Assembly (NCBI GenBank): GCA_964595945.1
Contig: CAZQSL010000005.1
Span: 1-63,456, forward strand
Length of the DNA stretch: 63,456 nucleotides
Reading direction: 5' to 3'
Source: an uncultured bacterium
Lineage (GTDB): Bacteria; UBP15; UBA6099; JAJRTR01
Positions 9,497 through 19,628 of this stretch are shown here, one piece after another. Under the pieces are notes generated by a model. That model was not told the DNA's origin and did not search any database. It saw nothing but the letters and a program-made list of their open reading frames with translations. Both the position numbers and the translations under genes were made by a program. Position 1 is the stretch's first letter. Each line of letters starts with the position of its first letter.

Positions 9497-9809
9497 GTAA
9501 CCGTTTACGGGAATACCCGCGGAGAACCTTTTCTTGTAACCGTTCACGGAAGTGGGAAACCCCTTTTTATAAAAAGGGGTTTCCCACACCCTTCCCTAAA
9601 AATTTTCATCGCATAACCGCTTCTCCCCGGCCAGTGGCGGAAAAAATGCCGCCACTGGCCGGGAAAATCAGGGAAAAAACCAAACATAGAGAGTTTTTGG
9701 GAGAGGTGCGGAGAACCTTTTTTTCAAAAAAGGTTCTCCGCGGGTATTCCGTGAACAGTTACCTTTTTTCAAAAAAGGGGGTCTCCATGCTCTTGTCGTG
9801 AACGCTTAC
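9497..9809. mobile_element. Nested non-autonomous MITE-like element: 227-bp inner copy (9536-9762) inside a related element
   Basis: Inner 16-bp TIRs GTAAC(C/T)GTTCACGGAA flanked by CTT on both sides; three internal hairpins; outer ends GTAACCGTTTACGG (9497) and CGTGAACGCTTAC (9809); no transposase in the window. Confidence 0.75.
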
Positions 9810-9812
9810 AAA

Positions 9813-10748
9813 TCATACAACCGGCATGGCGCCTTTCCGGACCCCTCTGGCGGCGAGGTCGGCAAGATGCAGGCATGCGGCGGTATTGTTGGCGGTCGTC
9901 GCGGCGACATCGCCCGGATTGGCCCACATGAAAATATTCCAAAGGCTCGCCGGCAGATGGCGCGCCATGCCCATGGGGCCGATTTCCAGCAGGATGCCGA
10001 GCACATCGCGCTCGTAGTACAGCCAGTCATTGATGTCACCATAAGTGAGATAAAGCTCGTTGTCGGGATGAGTCTTGTAGGGATGGGGCTGTAGAGCGGC
10101 CATGCCGCCAGTGATGGATTTGTACAGGCCGGCGTCGGGACATACTGACTTGTTGTGACACGGGGGCCAGCAGATTTTTTCACCAAAGCTGTGAAGTGCG
10201 AGCGAAATCGAAGGTCGTGCCATATCGACGAGCCGCACGAGCGCCAGAGACTCGGGTTCGGACAGAGGTGACGGCCCGTGATAGTTTATAGTTTTTTTGT
10301 GACTGCCCGCCATGACGCCGCCGACGTGAGGTTCGTAAAACCCGACAGGGAAGTTGCGATTGATGTCGACGCGATTGGCATTGGTTTTCACAAGTGGTAT
10401 GAGATGCTTTCCGAGCAGCCGGCAGACCTTGTCGTGACCATCAGGATTCATCACCGGGAAAAACCATATTTTGACCTTTTCGAGCAGATCGCGGCGCTCC
10501 GACGCGAGCGAACGCGCTATTGCGAGGCACTGCTCGGTGGCAATGAATTCTATGGCATGGCACTGCGCGATATAGATGATGGCCGGAGCGCCGGCTGAAG
10601 GTCCCGCACTCCATGCCCTGAGCGGCCGGCCCTGCACTGATGCTCCGAGCGTGACACTCGCGCCGCCGCAGCCCTTTACGATCAGTTCGTCGAACTCTGT
10701 GTAGATTTCTTCAGCCGTGTGATATGGGCCGTATTTTTTGATATTCAT
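9813..10748 (-). CDS. M14 family zinc carboxypeptidase
   Basis: HAIEF (HxxE), PVMNPDG, NRVDINRNFP, SEPES, LHSFG, LEIGP; ATG 10748 behind GGAG. Confidence 0.88.
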   Translation of the reverse strand: MNIKKYGPYHTAEEIYTEFDELIVKGCGGASVTLGASVQGRPLRAWSAGPSAGAPAIIYIAQCHAIEFIATEQCLAIARSLASERRDLLEKVKIWFFPVMNPDGHDKVCRLLGKHLIPLVKTNANRVDINRNFPVGFYEPHVGGVMAGSHKKTINYHGPSPLSEPESLALVRLVDMARPSISLALHSFGEKICWPPCHNKSVCPDAGLYKSITGGMAALQPHPYKTHPDNELYLTYGDINDWLYYERDVLGILLEIGPMGMARHLPASLWNIFMWANPGDVAATTANNTAACLHLADLAARGVRKGAMPVV

Positions 10749-10983
10749 ACAGTCACTCCGGTTGTGTCGTCCCTGCCGCATAGTCTGCCCGATGATAACA
10801 CGGCAGTGGCGGTCCTCACAATGTCCCGTAAAATCCTGTTGCATTGCTGCAATATCTGACTCGAAAGCTATAGTGTCTTTGATGATATGGCAACTATTGC
10901 GACAAGTATGAAGAGTCCCTTCATGTGTAATATAAAGAACTCCGGAAATCCTAAATATATACAATGGTTTGGATTATTTCTGA

Positions 10984-11691
10984 TTACCCGAAAAACTTGT
11001 ATTTGATGATGCAGTAGAGCGCCTGGAATGCGTCCTTGAGGCCGATTTTTTTACCTTCTTCGTAGGTGCGGCCGGAGTAGGTGATGCCGACTTCGTAGAC
11101 GCGGCAGTGCATTTTTGCGATCTTGGCGGTGACTTCGGGTTCGAAGCCGAATCGGTTTTGCTCGATGCGGATGCCACGGATAATGTCGCCGCGGAACATC
11201 TTATAGCAGGTTTCCATGTCAGTGAGGTTGAGGTCGGTGAACATGTTGGAGAGAAGAGTGAGCATCATGTTGCCGACGGAGTGCCAGAAGTAGAGTACGC
11301 GGTGTGCGCCTTCGCCCTTGAAGCGTGAGCCGTAGACGACGTCGGCGCGGCCGTCGAGCAGCGGGAGGAGGAGCTTGGGGTATTCGAGGGGGTCGTACTC
11401 GAGGTCGGCATCCTGCACGACGACGAAGTCGCCGGTGGTGTGGGCGAATCCGGTGCGGAGGGCGGCGCCTTTGCCCTGGTTTTTTTCGTGGTAGATGACT
11501 TTGTCGACGATGGGGGTGATGTCGTCGCGGAGGATGTCGCGAGTGCCGTCGGTGGAGTAGTCGTCGACGAGGATCAGCTCAAGGTCGACGGAGGGCGGCT
11601 GGGCAGCTTTGACCCGCTGGACGATCTCGCGGATGGTTTCGCGTTCGTTGTAGATGGGGATCACTACTGAGAGTTTCTTTTTGTCACTCAT
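10984..11691 (-). CDS. GT2 glycosyltransferase (polyprenol-phosphate mannose synthase-like)
   Basis: [50 protein letters not shown]. Confidence 0.93.
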   Translation of the reverse strand: MSDKKKLSVVIPIYNERETIREIVQRVKAAQPPSVDLELILVDDYSTDGTRDILRDDITPIVDKVIYHEKNQGKGAALRTGFAHTTGDFVVVQDADLEYDPLEYPKLLLPLLDGRADVVYGSRFKGEGAHRVLYFWHSVGNMMLTLLSNMFTDLNLTDMETCYKMFRGDIIRGIRIEQNRFGFEPEVTAKIAKMHCRVYEVGITYSGRTYEEGKKIGLKDAFQALYCIIKYKFFG

Positions 11692-11860
11692 GGTTGGCCT
11701 TCTGTCTCCGATTGGCTCCGCGCGTTTTTTCTGCCGTCTGTCGTATGGGTGGCGGTTGGCGTTGTTGCGGCTATTTCATTTTCATACATTGATCCCGTGC
11801 GGTCAAGTGAGGGAGCCAGTGTTTGGGGGATGCAACATTTGGCTGGCGGCGGGTGTTGAA

Positions 11861-11888
11861 TTGACAAAGAGTTCCATTATTGTAGTAT
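11861..11888 (+). promoter_or_regulatory. Sigma70-type promoter of the acyl-CoA dehydrogenase gene
   Basis: TTGACA-N16-TAGTAT. Confidence 0.6.
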
Positions 11889-11923
11889 CGGGCGCGGCCC
11901 GTCATCTTGTGGAGGTGGTAGCG

Positions 11924-13789
11924 ATGTCAGAGTACAAACCGGATTTCAGGGATATTCAATTCGTATTTAACGAGTACGTCGACATAGAGGAAATCTGCGG
12001 GCTGCCGGCATTTGCCGACATGGGATATGACGCGGCGACGCTGAATGATCTGCTCGGTCAGGCCAGAAAGATCGCGGAGGAGTCTCTCTACGGGGCGCGG
12101 CGTGAGATGGACCGGGTGGGATGCAGGCTTGTGGACGGGCAGGTAGTGGTGCCGGAGTGTGCCCGCAAGCCTTATAGGGATTACTCCGAAAACGGATGGA
12201 TAGGCATAACGGGCGATCCGGATTTCGGTGGCATGGGACTGCCGGAGACGATGAATACTCTGGCGAGCGAGATGCTCGCGGGAGCCAACTGCGCACTGAT
12301 GATACTGCCCGGCCTTTCCAAGTCGGCAGCGAAGGTCATCCAGACTTTCGGCACGCTCGAACAGAAAAAAACTTTCCTCGAAAAAATGCACTCGGGCGAA
12401 TGGTCGGGCACCATGTGTCTGACAGAGCCCCACGCGGGCTCCGATGTCGGCGCGGCCAAGACGACCGCTACCCCCATCGAAGACCGCCCCGGCTGGTATA
12501 AGATAAAAGGCAACAAGCTTTTCATTTCATTCGGCGATCAGGACCTTACGGCTAATATCATCCACCTTGTGCTCGCCCGCACGCCCGGCGCGCCCAAAGG
12601 CACTAAGGGCATCAGTCTGTTCATCGTGCCGAAATACAAGCTCAACCCCGACGGCACTCCCGGCGTGTCCAACGATGTTGCGACCATCGGCATCGAGTCG
12701 AAGATGGGCATACACGGCTCGGCGTCTTGCGCTCTCAATTTCGGCGAAAACGGCGACTGCGAAGGCGAGCTTGTCGGCGAGCTCAACAACGGCATGAAAT
12801 ATATGTTTCTCATGATGAACGAAGAACGCCTGATGGTCGGCATGCAGGGGCTGTCGCAGGCGTCCGCAGCCTACATGTTCGCCAAAGCATACGCGCACGA
12901 ACGCCTTCAGGGCCCTGACATACGCAATTTCAAGGACCCGGAAGCCCCGAAAGTGCCGATCGTCACCCATCCCGATGTCCGCCGCATGCTCATGACCTGC
13001 AAGGCGTACACGGAAGGCATGCGCGCACTTGTCGCCACTGCCGCTCGCTACATCGACCTCGGCCACCATCACACCGATCCGAAAGAACGCGAAAAATACA
13101 ATGCCTGGGCCGAACTCCTCACGCCCATCTGCAAGGCGTACTGCACCGACACGGGATTTCGTGTCACGGAACTCGCCATGCAGATATATGGCGGCGCTGG
13201 CTACATTTCCACCAATCCCGTGGAGCAGTACGCGCGCGATGTCAAGATCACGTCCATCTACGAAGGCACAAACGGCATACAGGCTCTCGATCTCCTCGGC
13301 CGCAAGCTTCCGATGGGCGGCGGCGCAGTCATGATGGGGTTTTTCGCCGAAGTCAACAACCGCCTCCGCGCGCTCGCCAGCGAGCCATCCGTCTCCGCGC
13401 TCGCCCCGAAAGTCGAAAAGGCAAAAAACAGCCTGGCAGCTATCGTCATGAAATTCATGCAACTCTGGAAAGACAAAACCGGCAAGGCCGCCGTCCCATT
13501 CATCGGCGCGTGCGACATGCTCGAAATGTTCGGCGACATCCTCTGCGCACTGTTTCTCTGCGAAGAAGCGGTCATTGCCGCCAGAAAGTTCGACACTATC
13601 GCTGCGGCGGCCGGCGCTGACAATCCCGAAGCCATCGCCGCACTCGTCGCAGACAACGACGAGGCAAAATTTTACTACTCGAAATCCCGCACCGCCGAGT
13701 TTTTCGTCAACTACCTCCTGCCGCGCATCCAATGGAAAGAGTCCGCTATCCTTTCCGAAGACTTCTCGTGCATGGCCGACGTTTTCTGA
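11924..13789 (+). CDS. Long (about 620 aa) acyl-CoA dehydrogenase
   Basis: MCLTEPHAGSDVG, IKGNKLFISFG, KMGIHGSASC, GGAGY, IYEGTNGIQALDL; ATG 11924 behind GGAGGT. Confidence 0.95.
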   Translation: MSEYKPDFRDIQFVFNEYVDIEEICGLPAFADMGYDAATLNDLLGQARKIAEESLYGARREMDRVGCRLVDGQVVVPECARKPYRDYSENGWIGITGDPDFGGMGLPETMNTLASEMLAGANCALMILPGLSKSAAKVIQTFGTLEQKKTFLEKMHSGEWSGTMCLTEPHAGSDVGAAKTTATPIEDRPGWYKIKGNKLFISFGDQDLTANIIHLVLARTPGAPKGTKGISLFIVPKYKLNPDGTPGVSNDVATIGIESKMGIHGSASCALNFGENGDCEGELVGELNNGMKYMFLMMNEERLMVGMQGLSQASAAYMFAKAYAHERLQGPDIRNFKDPEAPKVPIVTHPDVRRMLMTCKAYTEGMRALVATAARYIDLGHHHTDPKEREKYNAWAELLTPICKAYCTDTGFRVTELAMQIYGGAGYISTNPVEQYARDVKITSIYEGTNGIQALDLLGRKLPMGGGAVMMGFFAEVNNRLRALASEPSVSALAPKVEKAKNSLAAIVMKFMQLWKDKTGKAAVPFIGACDMLEMFGDILCALFLCEEAVIAARKFDTIAAAAGADNPEAIAALVADNDEAKFYYSKSRTAEFFVNYLLPRIQWKESAILSEDFSCMADVF

Positions 13790-13803
13790 TGTATAATTGA
13801 GAC

Positions 13804-14760
13804 ATGAAAGCGGCGGATAAACCCGAAAACACACGACGCAGGCGCACACCGGACAGTCATCGCGAATACCAGTCGGCGCAGGCATTTTTCGGTGACTACA
13901 TCATGCCCCTGCCACCTGTACGCATCGCGTTCAACGACTGGTGCTTCCGCAATTCCATCCGCCTCGGGGCGCTCAAACCCGAAGACATCATATTCCTCGC
14001 CGGCTGCTTCGGCGTCGACGGCCTCAGCATCGACTACTTCCTGATGACACGCGACATGAAGCGCAATCTGCGCCGCGTACGCGAATCCATCGACACCTGC
14101 GATCTCGACATCGTCATGGGCTACAGCCTGCCCTTCGCGCTCCCGCGACTCTGCCACCGCATCTTCGACCCGCGCAAGGAAGAAATGTTCAACATCGCTC
14201 ACGAACTCGGCACCGATACCATCCGCATCATCGGAGGCATAGTCATCCCCAGCCCATACACGGCCCCCATCCACTTCACTGTCGATCGTAATCAGGAAAT
14301 ATTCGACGTCTCCCGCCGCATCAGGGAATTCACCCGCTACGCACGCCTCGAAGGCATTACAGTCGCACTCGAAACGCGCGGCGAATACACCACCCGCGAA
14401 ATCCTCGAAATCATCGACCGTGTCGACGAGCCCAACTTCCGCGTCACATTTGACACGTCATATCCGCTCCTTCACCACGAAGACCCCATCGAAGCCATCA
14501 TGAAACTCTCGCTCTTCATATCATTTGTCCATGTCAAGGATATACGCCGCGATCAGTCACTGATCACTCAGGTGCCGCTCGGCACCGGCGAAGTCCCCCT
14601 CCGTGAAATCATCCACACACTTCGCGAACGCAACTACGACGGGCTCTACAGCATCGAGTTTTTCCTCGCCCCATGGAAAACCGCCGACGAAGAGGCTACC
14701 CTCCGCGAAAGCATCTTTTTCCTCGAATCCATCACGGACGACGCTCCGGCACTTCCCTGA
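13804..14760 (+). CDS. Sugar-phosphate isomerase/epimerase (AP endonuclease family 2 TIM barrel)
   Basis: Metal-ligand pattern ALETR / TFDTSY / VHVKD / SIEF; VPLGTGEVP. Confidence 0.8.
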   Translation: MKAADKPENTRRRRTPDSHREYQSAQAFFGDYIMPLPPVRIAFNDWCFRNSIRLGALKPEDIIFLAGCFGVDGLSIDYFLMTRDMKRNLRRVRESIDTCDLDIVMGYSLPFALPRLCHRIFDPRKEEMFNIAHELGTDTIRIIGGIVIPSPYTAPIHFTVDRNQEIFDVSRRIREFTRYARLEGITVALETRGEYTTREILEIIDRVDEPNFRVTFDTSYPLLHHEDPIEAIMKLSLFISFVHVKDIRRDQSLITQVPLGTGEVPLREIIHTLRERNYDGLYSIEFFLAPWKTADEEATLRESIFFLESITDDAPALP

Positions 14761-14805
14761 AGACAGGCTGGAAGTGTAATCCCGATTCTGCGTGTTAGCT
14801 GCCCG

Positions 14806-15942
14806 TCAACTGGCCGGGCGGGATTTTGCGTAGATGTCGTCGATGATCCGCATCAGCGCGAGGCCGTCTTCGCCGGTTGCGGCGAAATCGGGGCCAAGCC
14901 CGAAGTAGTCGGTGTCGTTGCCAAGTATTTTATCCGTGAAATACCGCATCTGCATATTGTGCATGTATATGGCGCGCGTAGCCGGGACCGGTACGGGGAG
15001 GCCGATGCCGGTGTACGGTGACAGCGGGCCAAATTTCTGCACAAGAGTCGGGATATTGTGATAAAAAGGCAGCCCGAACCACATGCCATTGATGTGGGAA
15101 AAACGGACCGAACTCCTGTCGCCATATATCCAGCCATTTTCACCGATGAGATTGTTGGCCATGGCGGTCATGTTCATTTCGGATGTCGCAATGATGCCGC
15201 TGGGAAATTTCATGGTGACCGCGCCCTGATCCTCAAATACCATGTCGGAGCGTTTCACGCTGATATGCCCACCCCATTCCGACGGCTTTTCGCCAGCGAA
15301 GTAGAGTACGAGGTCCATGAGGTGAGTGCCCATTTCGAGCAGTTGCCCGCCGCCGGTGCGTGTGTCGGACATCCGCCACAAGCCGAGTTTTTCCTTCATG
15401 TTGACACCGAGCGATTCGGCCCAGCGAAATATCGTTTCATAGAGCGGCCCGTCGAGGCTTGGCGCTATGCTGATCGAGGTGGTATTGATCTGCGACACGT
15501 TGCCGAGATCACCGCTGGCAGCCATTTTTTTGATCGTGTTGATGCCGCGGTCAAATCGTTTGACCATCCCCATCTGCAAGGTCACGCCGGCAGCCGCGCA
15601 TGCTTCGACCATTTCCTGCGCTTCGGCCGCGCTGACGGCCATCGGTTTTTCGCAAAACACGTTGATGCCCCGAGCTGCTGCGGCAAGCGTGAGCTCGCGG
15701 TGTACCCAGTTGGGCGTACAGATCAGCACTCCGTCTGGCTGCGCGCTTTCCATCATCTCGACAGCATCTGCAAATTCTGCCGGTATGTCGAATTTCCGGC
15801 AGACTTCCGCGCGGTTTTTTTCGCTGATGTCGACGACAGCTACGACTTCGGCATTTTTGTTTGTCTTCAGGTAAGGCAAGTGTCCTTCGCGCGCGATGCG
15901 GCCGCATCCGATTATGCCGATCTTCGCTTTTCTGTTCTTCAT
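14806..15942 (-). CDS. Gfo/Idh/MocA oxidoreductase
   Basis: IGIIGCGRIA, CTPNWVH, VFCEKPMA, GGQLLEMGTH. Confidence 0.92.
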   Translation of the reverse strand: MKNRKAKIGIIGCGRIAREGHLPYLKTNKNAEVVAVVDISEKNRAEVCRKFDIPAEFADAVEMMESAQPDGVLICTPNWVHRELTLAAAARGINVFCEKPMAVSAAEAQEMVEACAAAGVTLQMGMVKRFDRGINTIKKMAASGDLGNVSQINTTSISIAPSLDGPLYETIFRWAESLGVNMKEKLGLWRMSDTRTGGGQLLEMGTHLMDLVLYFAGEKPSEWGGHISVKRSDMVFEDQGAVTMKFPSGIIATSEMNMTAMANNLIGENGWIYGDRSSVRFSHINGMWFGLPFYHNIPTLVQKFGPLSPYTGIGLPVPVPATRAIYMHNMQMRYFTDKILGNDTDYFGLGPDFAATGEDGLALMRIIDDIYAKSRPAS

Positions 15943-15973
15943 TTCTGATACCTCCGGTGGAATATTCAGAGTG

Positions 15974-16954
15974 CTATCTGAGGGCAGCTATCGCGTCGAG
16001 CAGGCGCATGTTAGCTACTGCTTCGGGCGCGTTGGTGACTGGTTGGCGATGGGCGATGATGGCGTCGCGGAAGGCCTCAAGCTGCGCATGGTACGATACT
16101 TTTTGTGCCACACGGATGTTCTTTACTGACGGGCCGCGCCGGAGCAGACAGAGATAGCTGTCGATGTGGAATGGGCCGGCCATGATGGCGGGGGTGAACG
16201 GCATGAAGACGAAAAGCGAACCGCGCGAGCCCTGGACGTGTGCAAACATGGGCAGGTATTCGACAAGGCTTCCGGTGATTTTCGCGGCAGTGCCAGTCGA
16301 AAAACTGACTGAGGCCGCGACTGCGCCGTCGACGCCGGATATCATCTTGAAACGGGCTTTGTCGACCGTGTAATCGTCACATGCGGCGATCCATCGCGAA
16401 AAGCTGGCCGGATAGCATCCGATGTCGAGCAGCGCGCCCCCTGCGCAGTCAGGGCGGAACTGTATCTTGCCGCGGTCCAGCAGCGGCACTCCGAATTGGG
16501 ATGTGATCCGCACGATCTCGCCGAGATCGCCTCCCCTGACAATCTCTTCGATCTTCGCCGCCAGCGGGTGATAGCGATAGTGAAAAGCCTCGGCGAAGAT
16601 CATGCCGGTTTCGTCAGCGACCGCCCTGATTTCTTGGGCTTCGGCGGCATTTGCGGCCACCGGTTTTTCACAAAGTACATGCTTGCCTGCGCGCATTGCG
16701 CGGATTGACCATTCCCTGTGCATGGAAACAGGCAGGGGGATGTAGACACATGATATTGCCGGGTCGGCAAGCAACGACTCATAGTCGCCGAAGGCCGTCG
16801 GGATCGAGTGCTTCCGGACATATTCGGATGCTTTCCTGTAGTCGCGCGATGCGACTGCCGCAACTTTCATCCCTCGGATATTGCCCTTGTAGGGGAGAAT
16901 CGAATACGCATTGACGGATGCTGTGGAAAGGATGCCTATGTTGATCGTATCCAT
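15974..16954 (-). CDS. Gfo/Idh/MocA oxidoreductase
   Basis: IGILSTA, YIPLP, VLCEKP, EAFHYRYHP, GGALLDIGCY. Confidence 0.92.
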   Translation of the reverse strand: MDTINIGILSTASVNAYSILPYKGNIRGMKVAAVASRDYRKASEYVRKHSIPTAFGDYESLLADPAISCVYIPLPVSMHREWSIRAMRAGKHVLCEKPVAANAAEAQEIRAVADETGMIFAEAFHYRYHPLAAKIEEIVRGGDLGEIVRITSQFGVPLLDRGKIQFRPDCAGGALLDIGCYPASFSRWIAACDDYTVDKARFKMISGVDGAVAASVSFSTGTAAKITGSLVEYLPMFAHVQGSRGSLFVFMPFTPAIMAGPFHIDSYLCLLRRGPSVKNIRVAQKVSYHAQLEAFRDAIIAHRQPVTNAPEAVANMRLLDAIAALR

Positions 16955-17241
16955 GATAGACTCCGGCGTCGATTTTTGTGAATAAACAAGCGTAATTGTT
17001 GACCTAATGATACACACAAACGTGGAGAAATCAAGGAAGTTCGATCACAAGCGGCTTGCCGGCGTATATGCTGACCATATTGCCTGCCCGGCCATGGCAA
17101 TCAGGCAATGGCAAGGAAGGCAAGTCGTTATGGAGTATGGAGAGACGTGGAAAATCCATTCAGCATACAAACGTTTCATCCGCACAGACTTGTGGAAAGA
17201 TGTGGCAGAGTTGTCGTAAGGCATGAGAGCAGGATGGCTGC

Positions 17242-18813
17242 TTACTTGTCGATCTCGTCGCGGCCTGTGCTCCTGCGGAGCATCCTGACCGCCTCGGCCA
17301 TGCCGGTCGCGCGGCACAGCACCCCGTCGCAGAAGATCGTCTGCGACAGCGCCTTCATGGCGATGTACTTGTTTTCGCTGTACGGATGCCACCAGACATC
17401 TTCGCGAAATGGCGAAGCGCTCGTCGTGATATTTTTGATGGAAGTGAACTCGATCAGGCCATGAGCGGAATGAGTGCGGCCAATGCCGCTCTCCCTGACA
17501 CCGCCCCACGGACACTGGGCAAAGCCATAGGTGAGGATGCAGTCGTTGATGACGACAGTACCCGTGACTATCTTTTCGGCGACGGCGCGCGCCCTTGCCG
17601 CATCCTTTGACCACACACTCGCCGTGAGGCCGAATCTGCTGTCATTGGCAAGCCTCACGGCTTCATCGACCGACGAGAATCTCATTACCGGCATCGTCGG
17701 GCCGAATGTTTCCTCCATGACGCAATCCATCGAATGGTCGGCGCCGGTGATGACAGTCGGCTCGAAAAACCATCCGGCGAGGTCTTCGCGCCTCTTGCCA
17801 CCGGCAGCTATCCGAGCGCCCTTTGCGCACGCGTCGGCGATATGTGACTCGACGAGCCGGAGCTGTTTTTCATTGATCATGGGCCCCATGTCGACATCGT
17901 GCCCGAGTCCGTTGCCGACTCGAAGTTTTTTCGTTTTTTCGACAACTGCCTCGATAAATCTGTCAGCTATCTTTTCGGCTACATACACGCGTTCGACCGA
18001 GGCGCAGACCTGTCCGGCATTGAGAAACGCTCCCCAGACCGCCCCGCTGGAGGCGCGCTCGATGTCGGCGTCTTCGAGTATTATCATGGGGTCCTTGCCG
18101 CCGAGTTCGAGATTGATGGGAGTGAGCGTTTCGGCCGCTCGGCGCATGATGTGGCGGCCGACAGGCACGCTGCCGGTAAACGCGATCTTGTCGAGCCTCG
18201 CATCCATCATCGCTTCGCCGAGCACCGCTCCGCTGCCCTGTATGACGGTAAACACGCCGTCGGGGAGTCCGGCCTTTTTGAAAATATCACCGATCAGTTC
18301 GCCCACATAAGCAGTGAGTTCGGCTGGCTTGAAGATAACGGCATTGCCGGCGGTCAGCGCCATGAGGCTCTGTGTGAAGGGGATGGCGAAGGGGAAATTC
18401 CACGGCGAGATGATGCCGACGACCCCGAGCGGCTGGAATATGTTTTCGCTCTTTATGCGCGCGATCTGAAAGATCGGGTTGGAGATTTTTTCGGCGCCAA
18501 GTATTTCGGCCGCGTCCTTGATGAGAAACGAGAGCATGTCGAGAGACGAATAGATTTCGGCGTTGAGGGATTCGAGCAGAGTCTTGCCGTTGTCGAGGGT
18601 TATGACGCGGGCGACTTCGTCGATGTTGCGCACGAGCCAGGAGCGCACTTTTTTCATGTATTCGAGCCGGCCCTCGACGCCGATGGCCGCCCAGTCCTTC
18701 TGGGCTTCGCGCGCGGCAGTCACGAGGCCGGGGATTTCGTCCGGGCTGTTCGCGGTGATTTCCCTGTTGACTTCAAGTGTTGCGGGGTTGATGGATTTTA
18801 TCATTTCGGTCAT
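17242..18813 (-). CDS. NAD(P)-dependent aldehyde dehydrogenase
   Basis: ISPWNFP, FTGS, LELGGKDP, NAGQVC (catalytic Cys), EETFGP, GGVRESGIGR. Confidence 0.95.
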   Translation of the reverse strand: MTEMIKSINPATLEVNREITANSPDEIPGLVTAAREAQKDWAAIGVEGRLEYMKKVRSWLVRNIDEVARVITLDNGKTLLESLNAEIYSSLDMLSFLIKDAAEILGAEKISNPIFQIARIKSENIFQPLGVVGIISPWNFPFAIPFTQSLMALTAGNAVIFKPAELTAYVGELIGDIFKKAGLPDGVFTVIQGSGAVLGEAMMDARLDKIAFTGSVPVGRHIMRRAAETLTPINLELGGKDPMIILEDADIERASSGAVWGAFLNAGQVCASVERVYVAEKIADRFIEAVVEKTKKLRVGNGLGHDVDMGPMINEKQLRLVESHIADACAKGARIAAGGKRREDLAGWFFEPTVITGADHSMDCVMEETFGPTMPVMRFSSVDEAVRLANDSRFGLTASVWSKDAARARAVAEKIVTGTVVINDCILTYGFAQCPWGGVRESGIGRTHSAHGLIEFTSIKNITTSASPFREDVWWHPYSENKYIAMKALSQTIFCDGVLCRATGMAEAVRMLRRSTGRDEIDK

Positions 18814-18848
18814 GGTCCGTGTCCCTCTCTCGCCGAGCTTGAGTTATC

Positions 18849-18873
18849 CCCGAATTCTATTGCAGAATTCGGG
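18849..18873. promoter_or_regulatory. Perfect 10-bp inverted repeat upstream of the ALDH operon (possible operator)
   Basis: CCCGAATTCT-attgc-AGAATTCGGG. Confidence 0.4.
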
Positions 18874-18972
18874 ATTATGAAGCGTCTTTTCTCATAAGAA
18901 AAAAGACTGCTGCGGGGCTCGCCGGCCCCGCACATCAGTCCTTTGGAAATTGTCTGTGAAAAGCGGGGCGCG

Positions 18973-19602
18973 TTACAGGGTATCGACGGTAATGACCTTG
19001 TCGAAGGGTTTTCGCGCACCGCGTTCGAGCAGTGTTTTTGTCGAGTCGAATTTGCCGATCGCGATGAGCATGACAACCTCATAGCGTGGCGGGATACCGA
19101 ATCTGTCGACGATGGCGGCCGCGTCGAATCCGTCCATCGGGTGCGTGTCGACTCCGAGCGACTTTGCCGCATACATGAATGACATGGCGAACAGCCCGGC
19201 GTTGCGCGAGGCGAATTGCGACTCGCGTCCGCCGTACAGTCCCTTTGCCATGCCGAGCAGCATATCCCTGTTTTCCGGAGGGTAGAACCCCTTGTCGATG
19301 AAATCGTCGAGGATCGGGTCCATGTTGTCTTTTTCGAAAGCCTCGCGATCGCCGAGTACGATAGCCACCTGGGATGCCTCTGTCACCTTGGGCTGGCCGA
19401 AGGCGCAGTCGCGGAGAGTCTGCTTTTTTTCGGGCGAAGAGACAAGTATCACCCGCCACGGCTGAAGGTTGAACGAACTGGGCGTGAGACAGGCGAGTTC
19501 GTAGATTTTCTGGATAGTGGCCATGCTGATTTGCGCTGTCTGATCAAAAAAGCTGGCTGATCTTCTTTCGTTTGCGATTTGTGAAAAGTCCATTATCAAC
19601 AC
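18973..19602 (-). CDS. Nitroreductase family protein
   Basis: ERRSASFF, TPSSFNLQPW, THPMDGFD, LIAIG. Confidence 0.92.
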   Translation of the reverse strand: MLIMDFSQIANERRSASFFDQTAQISMATIQKIYELACLTPSSFNLQPWRVILVSSPEKKQTLRDCAFGQPKVTEASQVAIVLGDREAFEKDNMDPILDDFIDKGFYPPENRDMLLGMAKGLYGGRESQFASRNAGLFAMSFMYAAKSLGVDTHPMDGFDAAAIVDRFGIPPRYEVVMLIAIGKFDSTKTLLERGARKPFDKVITVDTL

Positions 19603-19628
19603 ATCCTTTCGTGCGCGCCTCGCCGCTG

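Noticed and set aside
9403-9809. Repeat cluster as a CRISPR array, and ORF 9403-9801
   Set aside because: Repeats are inverted and nested rather than regularly spaced direct repeats; no cas genes; the ORF merely reads through the element
12527-18897. Antisense ORFs 12527-13885 (-), 15058-15948 (+) and 17899-18897 (+)
   Set aside because: Mirror frames of the acyl-CoA dehydrogenase, Gfo and ALDH genes
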